A stretch of DNA of 63,962 nucleotides, filler included, from Piptocephalis cylindrospora (Eukaryota), in NCBI GenBank assembly GCA_003614145.1. It is 7 parts of 7 records of this genome, joined end to end, with 100 filler letters (N's around TTAATTAATTAA, not from the genome) between each part and the next. Parts side by side here need not be neighbours in the genome. Positions count along the whole stretch, not along the records: positions 46,205 to 55,305 come from KZ988108.1; positions 55,406 to 63,962 come from KZ988138.1; 5 more parts are not named here. One strand, given 5' to 3'. A program made the position numbers and the translations under genes. Under the pieces are notes generated by a model that did not search any database, was not told the origin of the DNA, and worked only from the letters and a program-made list of their open reading frames with translations. This document shows positions 53,586 to 63,962 of this stretch, piece by piece; the first letter of the stretch is position 1; the number at the start of each line of letters is the position of its first letter.

Positions 53586-54466
53586 ATGTACCTTCTCACC
53601 TCCTACTCTGCCCTGCTTGCTCTCTTGATTATTCTAGGAGTGCTGAATTCTACAAAGGCTCAGCAAGTAGCGGACATTGGGCAACTGGCTCGTCCCTCAA
53701 ACCAAACATTGGACGCCTCCTCTCTTGCCTCTCATAATACCCCTACTGCTTCCGACATGGCCTCTTCGACTCCAGGGGAAGCCCTTTCACTGGTGGCGCA
53801 ATTCGGAAACCAAGCATCCAATGGAATCAATGGCACTGTGGAGATCCGCATGGCCGCCCACCAGGATTCTCCAATAGACAAGACTAAAGATGTGGACATG
53901 ACCTTAACAGGTTTCCCTGCAGCAGGGTTCTACTATCTTAGTATCAATGAATTTCCCATTGAATCTGAGGGGGACTGCTCTTCGGCTGGTCGGATCTATG
54001 ATCCGGATGGCGTCCTCGGTAATCAGACCTCCCCTCCTCCCTCATCCTGCCGTCCTACCATTGCTGGGGATTGCTCATTAGGTGATCTTTCAGGTAAGAG
54101 CAGAGAAAGGATGATGAAGGGTCCACAGACCCTCACCCACTTACATTTGGTCTGTTTATAGGGAAATGGAAGGCTATCCGGGTCACAAATCAAACGCAGG
54201 CTTCCTCCTCGCCTCTCATCTTAAAATACAGGGATCCTTCCTTGATGTTTGAGGGAGCCAACTCTATTGTCAATCGATCCGTTGTCATTCGGGGATCTGA
54301 TGGATCTTCCAGGATTGCGTGCTCCAACCTGATCACCCAGATGAGCGCTGCCAAGATTGCCCCAGATGCTCAAGGCGTCCCAAGGGCCCAGGCTAATGAT
54401 GCCTCCCGTTCCCGGATATCTTTGTCGCTCCTCCTATGTCTTTTCTCCAGCGTCGTATATGGATGA
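53586..54466 (+). CDS. Secreted, possibly GPI-anchored Cu/Zn-SOD-fold protein lacking metal-ligand histidines; intron 54094-54161
   Basis: Signal peptide; INGTV, CSSAG..YDP, C..GDLSGK, NSIVNRSVVI....RIACSNL match extracellular SOD5-like proteins; hydrophobic C-terminus. Confidence 0.82.
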
Positions 54467-55305
54467 GAAAGGGTGAGGCCCTGTTGTATACCACCTCAAG
54501 AAATCAATATTTGCCCTCTCCTTGATCTGTCTATCCCATCCTGCGACTTGTGTAAAACCCCCATCCTCCAGTCATCTTGACTATTCTACACTACATCTAG
54601 AGTATATGAAATCCACTATATTCATCCATCTGTGTGTCATAGACAAACATTGTATTCTCAAATGAACTTCACCAGATGGGATATCTCTGCACATACAGGA
54701 CTGATCCCATTCCATTCCCATAGCATCCCACCATTATCATCAACTTTAAACAACGCCACTACAAATTATCCTCTATCCAAAATGAATGTTCTCGTCCATG
54801 AAAGCGCTCAGTAGCCTAGCAGAGTGGGGCAAAACACAATGCAAAAAGGATTAGTATCTGGCCCATGGACCCCCCCTCTGTTCTAGGTACACTGAAAAAG
54901 GCAACTTACTTTGTATAATCAAGGAGATCCATCTTGGCAGGCCGTGAATCCGCGTATCCAGTCTCTTCTAGAACCCCAATGATTTTGCTCTTAATATCCA
55001 CCTTATCCTCGATCATCTAGTTGAAGAAAATGATGAACAATGAGAAGGAAAAATAGGGAGAGGAAGAAGTTGAGAATCATACCTTGTTATGTAAAGCACA
55101 GTAGGTCCTATAGTTCTTTTCCAGCATCTGAAGAATCGTGGTGGTTTTGAAGTTGGCAGCACACGTCTACATCCCCGGAATAATGGATGACGAATGAGCA
55201 CCGTAAAAGAGACCAGATATTCTCTCCACATTACAAAGTCTTACCTTATTCTTCCGCACGAAAAGAATTCGCATCATTCCATCCCACTCCTGAAAGTTAA
55301 CTGGG

Positions 55306-55405
55306 NNNNNNNNNNNNNNNNNNNNNNNNNNNNNNNNNNNNNNNNNNNNTTAATTAATTAANNNNNNNNNNNNNNNNNNNNNNNNNNNNNNNNNNNNNNN
55401 NNNNN
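55306..55405. other. Assembly linker
   Basis: N/TTAATTAATTAA/N spacer. Confidence 0.97.
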
Positions 55406-55460
55406 TCCTTTCCTTTCCTTTCCTTTCCTTTCCTTTCCTTTCCTTTCCTTTCCTTTCCTT
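55406..55460 (+). repeat. (TTTCC)n pentanucleotide microsatellite
   Basis: About 11 perfect units at the contig start. Confidence 0.92.
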
Positions 55461-55538
55461 TTCTCTCTTCTCCTTTCTTTTCTTTTCTTTTCCATATCTC
55501 CACCATCCTCTTTTCTATTTCCCTCTTGTTTGCTCATC

Positions 55539-56866
55539 ATGTCGGATTCCCAAGCAGAAGAGCTGCGTCAGAAGCGGTTGGCCAAGCAGCGGGAAGAGGA
55601 GATTCGACGACGGGAGGAACACCGAGCGCAGATCAGTAAGGAAAGTGAGGTGCGGATTGGACGGGATAAGTTCACATCGGTCAAAGGAGGGGTCGAGCAA
55701 TCATTGAAGCATTCGACGGTGGGCCTGGTGAAGCTGGAAGATTTTCAGAGGATCCGCGGGGCCATTGAGGAGCAGCAGCAGCGCGAGGCAGCTCGAACTG
55801 CGCTAAAGTGAGTCGAACCAGGGAGAGAGAGAGGTTTTTTGATTGAATCTCTATGTCTATCACCAACTCATCCATCTCTACTGATAGGGATTTATCACGG
55901 AAGAGGGACAAGTCTGGCAAGAGGAAGGGACGGGGCAAGGGAAAAGCTAGCGCGATGCTATCCTTTGGCGATGATGAGGAGGGGGGGGATGGAGAGGAGG
56001 AGGAGGCGAAGCGGGAGGAAGAGGCACGGCGAGAGAGGAAACAGCAGGAGGAAGCAGAAGAGGAGGAAAAAAGAGCGAAAAAGGCAAAGATCAGCAAGAA
56101 CCCAGATGTAGACACCTCTTTCCTTCCTGATCGGGAGAGGGAGGCCAAGGATCGACACATTCGGGAAGAGCTACGGCAGGAATGGCTGATCAAGCAGGAG
56201 AAGATGAAGCAAGAGCCCATTCAGATCACCTATTCTTACTGGGACGGCAATGGTCATCGAGCCGAAGTTCAAGTACGTAGAGGGCGAACGAACGAGAGGG
56301 GTAAAGGGCAAAGACATGGCTTATACGTCTCTTCATCCATTCTAGTGCAAAAAGGGGGACTCTATCGTTCAATTCCTGGAAAAGTGCCGTAATCAGCATC
56401 GGGAATTACGGGGTCAAGGAGTGGATAACCTCATGTATATCAAGGAGGATTTGATCATTCCTCATGTAAGCAAGTGGAGAGGACATACGCACTTTTACGA
56501 CGATGACTTACCCTTTCCCCCTTTCCCGTAGCACTACACGTTTTACGATTTTATTATCAACAAGGCCCGTGGGAAGAGCGGTCCACTGTTTAGCTTTGAT
56601 GTGCATGAGGATGTTCGATTAGTGAATGATGCTCGAGTGGAGAAGGATGAGGTAGGCGAGTTGAGTAGGGAGGGGCATGGGCGTCAATCATTTACTCACC
56701 GCCTTTACGATGATCATCACGACAACAGAGTCACGCTGGAAAGGTCCTGGAAAGAACATGGTACGAGAGGAACAAGCACATTTTTCCCGCTTCCCGATGG
56801 GAGGTGTATGATCCTAAGAAGGACTATGGGTCCTATTCCATCAAGGACCGTTCTCTTGGGAAATAA
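55539..56866 (+). CDS. XAP5: FAM50/XAP5-family nuclear protein, multi-exon
   Basis: [84 protein letters not shown]. Confidence 0.93.
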
Positions 56867-58119
56867 AAACCTTTTGGATAGGATGAATGACGCACAGTGC
56901 AATAGGCAGAGTCTCTTGCCATTCTATATACTGCATGGTGGATGATCTGTGCTATCTTTATTCTACTGCTACTAGGCAATGCTTCCATCTTTCCTGTCTT
57001 GCGGGGTAGGCGTGTGTGAGAAGATGTTGGTCCCTGTTCCACTCTTCTTTTTATTCCAAAGCAAAATAACAAGTTGATTCTTCTTCCCAGCTATTTGATG
57101 GAGGCCGTCCGGTACTTGCTTATGATTACTCCGGTCGGAACCTTCGGCACCATATTTGGCCAGTGCCCCTAATGATGGGTGCTCTCTCTTCAAGCCCTCC
57201 TCCCTCCCCCACACATGGCGCAGGGTCAAGGATATGTGACTAAGAGGAAGGAGAAGCAATGGGGCTTGGTGGTTGGGGTGAGACTGGGCAGCCAACCACC
57301 GTAGTTTCATGCTGCTCACTCGCTCCCATGCCCAAGGGCGTGGTCCTCACACCCGCTCCATCGTGTGGGAAGTGGTGGGAGAGATGGTAAGCGCTATCCT
57401 CTCGCAGGACTGACCTTCCTTACCTAACTGGTCATACCTCGGAGCAATCAGCTCTCCATCTGCCCCCACCCTGACGGAGATCAAAGGCGTGGTGGAAGCG
57501 GCCCAGTTAAGCAATCTTGACTCCCGTGTTTATGCCCCATCACCAAAAAATCGCATTTATCACAGATCTGAGGTAACTCCTTCAATTCCCTCGTACTAGT
57601 ACGCCGCCCATCCTCGTGCTAGTACGCCCATCCTCGTTTCTCCCTACCCAAACCGGAAATGGATACCAACAGACAGAGATAAGCCCCCTTGGTAGATGAT
57701 TCAGTCGACTTGTAGCTAGTTGCCAGTGTGAGATATCTGGTCTTATATTCCCCCCTCCCCACCCCCCCTACTGGTTCATCCTCCTCCTGTTCTAGTGATC
57801 TAATGGAAGGGGGAGGGTAGAGACGTGCTTTGCTCTCACAATGTCCTGTCCCTCTCCCTGAGCCATTCCAATCTATTACATCAACCTATCCTTATCTATG
57901 GGACCTTCTTCTGAAGGACGGGAAGTCCTGCCCTCCTTGCTGGGGATGGGGTCTATATCCTTGGCCTTGGCCTTCCCCTCTATTCCCTATTTCACATCTT
58001 TCCTCTCCTTTTCTTTTCTTTTCTTTTCTTTCCTTTCCCGTGCCCTCCATCCTTTATCTCTTCTGTCTACGCCCAGCTCTCTTATCTCTCTAATTCTGGT
58101 AATTCCGATACACGTACAT

Positions 58120-59398
58120 ATGCCTAAACAAGTCCTTGTCCTGGGGGGCCTAACGCCCGTAGGACGACATCTTGTCACTCATCTTGTGGAGGAGTACGAC
58201 GTGGAAGTCCGTGTAGTAGACCAACAACAGCCTCTTCTGGCCTTCTTGAACCCTAAGCATCAGGTGGCGTTCCAGGAGATCGAGTTCATTCAAGCTAATT
58301 TAAATGAACCGGCTGCCATTCAGCGTATTTTCCAGCCCAAGGGCGGATCGCGCGGCTTTGATTGGGTTCTCAATTGTGCCTCCACCGCCAGAGGCTGGGA
58401 GATTGAAGAGGTGTGGCGACAGCGGTTCCTCCACCAGCCTAAACTATGCGCTCAGCAAGCCGTGCTCACTGGGGTCAAGGCCTATGTTCAGATGGCCCAA
58501 GGCATCAATTACAAGTATGATGGGTTTCTCAATGACGAGTCAAGGCCTCTCCAACAGCTCATAGATACATCCATCTACTGCATGGACATGGAGAAGATCC
58601 TCCAGGCCATCCCCGACCTACCCCTTATCATCATACGACCTGCTATCCCATGGGGCTTGGAAGAGCAGGGTATCATCCTCAATGTCCTATGTGCAAGTGA
58701 GATCTTTTACCGATCCGGACAGGATTGGAACATGACCATTGCACAGGACATACAATCCAGCGTCGTCCACATCCTTGACATTGCTCGAGGAATGGCTCAT
58801 CTAGCCGCCTGGTACGAGGCCACGGGGAAGCAGGGTTGTGTTGTGTATAATTTGGCCGATGCTTCCAATGCCAGTGAGTTGAGGCGTGCTTCATCGGGAG
58901 GGGGAGAAGGACGCCTCATGAGCTCACTCATCCCTCCTATTCCCTATAGCTATGGGCGAGCTCTTCAAGAATCGCTTACCAAAGGTATTTCCCGGCCTCA
59001 CCTACCATCTACCCCCAACCACCTTGAAGGGCCCTCCATTAGAGATAAGACAGCGCGTCCGCCGGTGTCTAGATCGCTTACTGGAAAAGGAGTGGATCCT
59101 TCTGCTTCATGAACAGGGCATTTCGGACAGTCTACTGGTTCCCCACTTTGAAAAGGAGTATTTCACCTCCCATCACATGGCCGTGAATGGAAGGGCTATT
59201 GTACGGGATACGGGCTTCCAGTACATGTACGATGATGGCTTCACCGTCGAGGGGATTCGCGAGGAAATTGACGACTATATCGAAAAGGGCTTTTGGCCCA
59301 GACCCAGCCAAAAACCCTCCGATACCCATGTTCCATTCAACCTCCCCCACTATCCTTTCCCCACGGAGCGGGACGGGTGGGAGGAAGAGAGTGAATGA
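58120..59398 (+). CDS. NAD-dependent epimerase/dehydratase (extended SDR)-like protein, intron about 58875-58949; paralog of 22646-24025
   Basis: VLVLGG, VRVVD, IQANL, IIIRPAIPWG, VVHILDIA, VYNLAD, VNGRAIVRDTGFQYMY. Confidence 0.8.
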
Positions 59399-60056
59399 TG
59401 CGTATGCGCACTAGGCGTTTGCGCGATGGATAGGTGTCTTTTCTATGCAATATCAACTCTTGGGGCGACTCTTTCCTTGCCACGGTCATTCCAGCTGTAG
59501 AGAGCGCAGATCTCTTTTCTTTTTTGCTTTTCTCTCAACCTTATCATCTGCTCCTTCTTCTCCTCTCACTTGTATTCCATGGAGAGAGGAAGGGAGGGGC
59601 CGATGATGATCGGTCGGGGAGGATACTGCGCTCTTCTCATGCACTTGCCATGACAGCAACACGGTTTCCTACCTCGACTTGACTTGAAAAACCATTTTAT
59701 TTACCCGTTTTGCGCGCAAAACGGCACAACACGGTTTCCTACCTTCAAAATCGATCCAATTTTACATGAATATTCGCGTAATTTGAAGCGGCGTTGTTGT
59801 GGGCGACGCGGTCTAGCCCAGCCCTATCCCATCTCCATCTCCGCTCCTCCCTACCCACCCCACCCACTCACACCCCTCCACATACCCAGACACCTTGGCT
59901 CCCTTTTCAAAACTCTAGTGGTGTGTCCCTTCCTCCATCCCTCCCCACTCTCACTCTTTCTTCTCATCCTCTCTTTCCCTCGTATCCCCTCCCTCTTCTG
60001 TCTAGCATCCTCCTTCCCTCCCTCCTCCTCCTCCTCCTCCTCCTCTTCCTCAAACC

Positions 60057-60662
60057 ATGAACCTCCTTGGATATCTCCCTTTGGCCATGGCTTTACTGGC
60101 CGCGCCTCTAGCTTCAGCCTTCACCATCACGGTGGACCCCTCGTCCACCAAGTGCTACTACGAGGATCTTGTCGCTGGAAACTCCCTCACCGTATCCTTT
60201 GAGGTGGGTGAGGGCGGTCAACACGACATTGACTTCTCCATGATGGATGCCACCGGTCGCATCCTCCACGCCGAACCCAAAAAGGTCTCGGGCTTTTACA
60301 CCCTGACCGCTGACCGGGAAGGCAAGTACACCTACTGCTTCAACAATCAAATGTCCATGGTCACTTCCAAGGTCGTCTCCTTCTTCGTCCACGAGAACCA
60401 CAGGCCCAAGAAGGAGGCCAAGGACGACGGTGCCACCGATCCCCTTGCCAACGAGATCCGTCAGCTCACTCGTCATCTCCAGGAGGTTCGTGACGCCCAA
60501 TCCTACATTGTCATCCGTGAGCGTATGCACCGTGACACCGCCGAAAGTACCAATTCCCGTGTCAAGTGGTGGTCTTTTTTTCAGGTCATCCTCCTTGCCA
60601 CCGTTTGTTTCTTCCAGATCTCCTACCTCAAGCGGTTCTTTGAGGTCAAGCGTCTTGTTTAG
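60057..60662 (+). CDS. EMP24: p24/GOLD cargo receptor (Emp24/TMED2-like)
   Basis: Signal peptide, CYYE, GGQHDIDF, GKYTYCFNN.MS, RERMHRDTAESTNSRVKWWS, YLKRFFEVKRLV. Confidence 0.94.
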   Translation: MNLLGYLPLAMALLAAPLASAFTITVDPSSTKCYYEDLVAGNSLTVSFEVGEGGQHDIDFSMMDATGRILHAEPKKVSGFYTLTADREGKYTYCFNNQMSMVTSKVVSFFVHENHRPKKEAKDDGATDPLANEIRQLTRHLQEVRDAQSYIVIRERMHRDTAESTNSRVKWWSFFQVILLATVCFFQISYLKRFFEVKRLV

Positions 60663-61300
60663 ATCTAGGAAAATGGAGAGGGGTCTGTTTTAAGAGCGGA
60701 ATGCAAGATCGTATTGTTTTTTGTTGGTGGATGCGCATCTGGATCCCTGTGAGTCCGCCCTTCATGGTTGCTTGATAGGGCCGAGGACGATAGGGTCTGT
60801 TGAAAGCGGGAAGGGTAGTCTCTTGCCGTCCTTGTCCTCCCTTACTCTCCCTCTCTTTATAGCAACAACAGTGATCTTGAATCTCCAACACCAATACGCC
60901 TCTTATCTCGATCCTCCTACTCAATAATGAACGAACAAACGAACTAGGCGGATTGGACCAACGCGTCTCATCACCACCGCCTTCAGCTTGATTACCCTCC
61001 ATCTTCCCTCTTCTCCCATACACACACACACACACACACGGCTGACGCCTTGCCACAAAGGCGCCCCCTCACCACCACAGAGAATCGTAAGCCTCAGCCT
61101 TCTTTTCACCTTTCTTTTCCCAGCTATCCCCGTCTGCACACACTGGACTTCCCCCCTCTTCCTCCGCCACCGCTAGGTGTCAGTCCCCATAGTGACTCTA
61201 CACGGCGTCAAAACATTCCGTGTTTTCTAATCCTCGCTCCTTTCTCTCCTTCTCCTCCTCTCCTATCCCCTCTCATTCTTCAGATTGCCGTTTACTTCCC

Positions 61301-61419
61301 GTAAGCGTGTCTCTCTTCCTCTTCCATATCCTGGTCAACAAGGTGTGTATCCTTCCATTCTACGCGCTTTTCTTTCACCACTAACCTTCCCTTTGGATCA
61401 TCCCATCTCCTTATCACAG
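61301..61419 (+). other. Probable 5'-UTR intron of PRP8
   Basis: GTAAGC donor, CTAAC branch point near 61381, TCACAG acceptor, upstream of ATG 61589. Confidence 0.55.
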
Positions 61420-61588
61420 ATTGGATCTTGCTTCCTTCTTTGACCCCCCGCATCCAGGTCCCATTCCCCTTCCCTCATTCTCCAAGACGTCTCCCCGTCA
61501 GGTATCCTGATCCTGATCATATTTCATTCCAATCTCTTACTGATCCCCCATCCTCCTCTCTCACCAATAATAGTGAGAATTCTACCTT

Positions 61589-63962
61589 ATGGACGGGTTT
61601 ACCCCACCCACTGGACAGGCCCCTCCGGGTTATCATGGCCCTCCCCCTTCCTCCTCCTCGCCTCCCTTTTACGGCCAGCTTGGCTCCCAGAATCCTCCTC
61701 CTCCTCCTCCACAGTCACATGGTAATTACCTATCCCCTTCCCTTGCCTCCCCCTTCCTTCTCACTTCCTACTCACCCTCATCTCATCTCATCTCATCTCA
61801 TCCCATATGATCCAATCCTATCCTGCCTCATAGAACAGCAAATGCGCGAAAAGTCCAGGAAATGGGCCCAGATGAACCAGAAACGCTATGGGTCCAAAAG
61901 GAGATTTGGCTTTGTGGAGCACGCCAAGGAATCTTTACCCCCGGAGCACCTTCGAAAGATTATTAAGGACCATGGCGACATGTCCGCTAGAAAGTTCAGG
62001 CATGATAAGCGTGTCTACCTTGGAGCCCTCAAGTACGTCCCTCATGCTGTACTCAAGCTCCTCGAGAATATGCCCATGCCTTGGGAGGAGTCCAGAGAGG
62101 TCGAGGTCCTCTATCACCTCACCGGTGCCATCACCTTTGTCGATGAGATTCCTTGGGTCATTGAACCCATCTTCCTCGCTCAATGGGGCACCATGTGGAT
62201 CACCATGCGTAGGGAAAAGAGGGATCGTAGGCACTTTAAGCGTATGCGCTTCCCTCCCTTCGATGATGAGGAACCTCCCCTGGATTATGGAGATAACATT
62301 GCCGATGTCGAGGCCGTTGAGGCCATCCGTATGGACCTGGATCCTGAAGAGGATGCTCCCGTTTGCGAATGGTTCTACGATCATAAGCCTCTCATTGAAA
62401 CCGACTGTGTCAATGGCCTCAGTTATCGCCGATGGAAGCTTCCCCTCCCCATTCGCTCCACCCTCCACCGTCTTGCCCATCAACTTCTTTCCGAGCTCAC
62501 CGATCAAAACTACTTTTACCTCTTTGGTGACCGTGACTTTTTCACTGCAAAAGCCCTTAACATGGCCATTCCTGGTGGCCCCAAATTCGAACCTCTACGT
62601 CGTACCGATGGCCTAGCCACCGACCCTGTATGTCATTTAGTTCTTTATCCTCCTTTCTTTGCATCATTTGCTCACATCCCATCCCACTCCTCTCGCTAGG
62701 CCGAAGAAGATTGGAACGAATTCAACGATATCGGTAAAATCATCATCCGCCAACCCATTCGTACCGAGTACAGGATCGCTTTCCCCTTCCTCTACAACTC
62801 TCTCCTTCCTCCTCCCCCGCATCACACTCATATCCAGGCCTCCTGGTACCATCATCCAACCGTCGTCTACCTCCGTGCCGAGGATCCCGATCTTCCCGCC
62901 TTTTACTTTGATCCCGTCATCAACCCCATCTCCTCTAGACACTTTTCCTCTCAGGCTCACGATGATGACATTCTTTCCGATGATGACGATGAATGGAAGG
63001 AAGAGGGTGTTGATGACAATGGTGACGACGAGGGGTTTACCATGCCTGAAGCCGTTCAGCCCTTCCTCTCCTCCACTCCCCTTTACACTTCCACCACCAC
63101 CTCGGGTATTGCCCTCTATTGGGCTCCCTATCCCTATGATACTCGGTCTGGGAGGATGAGACGTGCTCAAGACATTCCCCTGGTCAAGTCCTGGTATCGA
63201 GAGCATTGTCCCGGGGGTCAACATGTCAAGGTCCGTGTCTCCTACCAGAAGCTCCTCAAATGCTGGGTCCTCAATGAGCTTCACAAGAGGCCTCCAAAGG
63301 CCCAAAAGAAGCGCGCCTTGCTCCGTGCCCTCGGTCACACCAAGTTTTTCCAACGTACTGAAATTGACTGGGTCGAGGCCGGTCTACAGGTCTGTCGTCA
63401 GGGTCACAACATGCTCAATCTCCTCATCCATCGCAAGAACCTCAATTACCTCCATCTCGATTACAATTTCAACCTCAAGCCCGTAAAGACCCTCACCACC
63501 AAGGAGAGGAAGAGGTCTAGGTTTGGGAATGCCTTTCATCTGTGTCGTGAGATCCTTCGTCTCACCAAGCTTATCGTTGATGCTCATGTCCAGTGCCGCC
63601 TCGGCAATGTCGATGCCTTCCAACTGGCCGATGGTCTTCAATACACTTTTGCCCATGTCGGTCAACTGACCGGCATGTATAGGTACAAGTACAGGCTCAT
63701 GCGACAAATTCGCATGTGCAAGGATCTTAAGCATCTCATCTACCATCGATTCAACACCGGCCCCGTTGGCAAGGGCCCAGGCTGTGGCTTTTGGGCCCCG
63801 GGTTGGCGTGTCTGGCTCTTTTTCCTCCGGGGTATTGTCCCTCTTCTCGAACGTTGGTTGGGTAATCTCTTGGCCAGGCAATTTGAGGGCCGTCACGCCA
63901 AAGGCGTCGCCCATACTGTTACCAAGCAGCGTGTCGAATCTCATTATGATCTGGAGCTTCGG
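61589..63962 (+). CDS. PRP8: U5 snRNP splicing factor Prp8, 5' part (runs off window); introns 61722-61833 and 62628-62699
   Basis: [95 protein letters not shown]. Confidence 0.98.

Noticed and set aside
57257..57267. CAATGGGGCTT resembling RNase MRP CR-V
   Set aside because: No upstream GGAAAGTCCCC partner (CR-I) on the same strand.
61589..63962. PRP8 intein
   Set aside because: The visible part is colinear with canonical Prp8; the common fungal intein site lies beyond the window.

Overview
Eukaryotic, gene-dense fungal genomic DNA with short GT-AG introns and CT-rich promoters. The gene content suggests an early-diverging fungus, possibly a Zoopagomycota parasite such as Piptocephalis (inference only). 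The window is not one locus: it is seven unrelated contigs of about 9.1 kb, sorted by size and joined by 100-nt N/TTAATTAATTAA/N linkers. It carries mostly housekeeping genes: PRMT3, ACS, C9orf85-like, IMP4, RapGAP, DHHC, DUF4203, two SDR/epimerase paralogs, GILT, the 5' part of HBS1/SKI7, THOC1, ARP9-like, ERCC8, FES1, PEX3, a PX-PB1 protein, DHR1, VPS29, FAM50/XAP5, EMP24 and the 5' part of PRP8. Several orphan secreted proteins are also present. The most interesting signals are: a secreted Cu/Zn-SOD-fold protein lacking its metal-binding histidines; other apparent pseudo-enzymes (NHHC palmitoyltransferase, His-less CAP domain, degenerate SDRs); an unannotated HBS1/SKI7 gene with a micro-exon and AG|GTGAGT junction before a Ser-rich exon; and intergenic multi-hairpin regions that may be unidentified structured RNAs. 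All family calls come from motif recognition by eye, not database searches.
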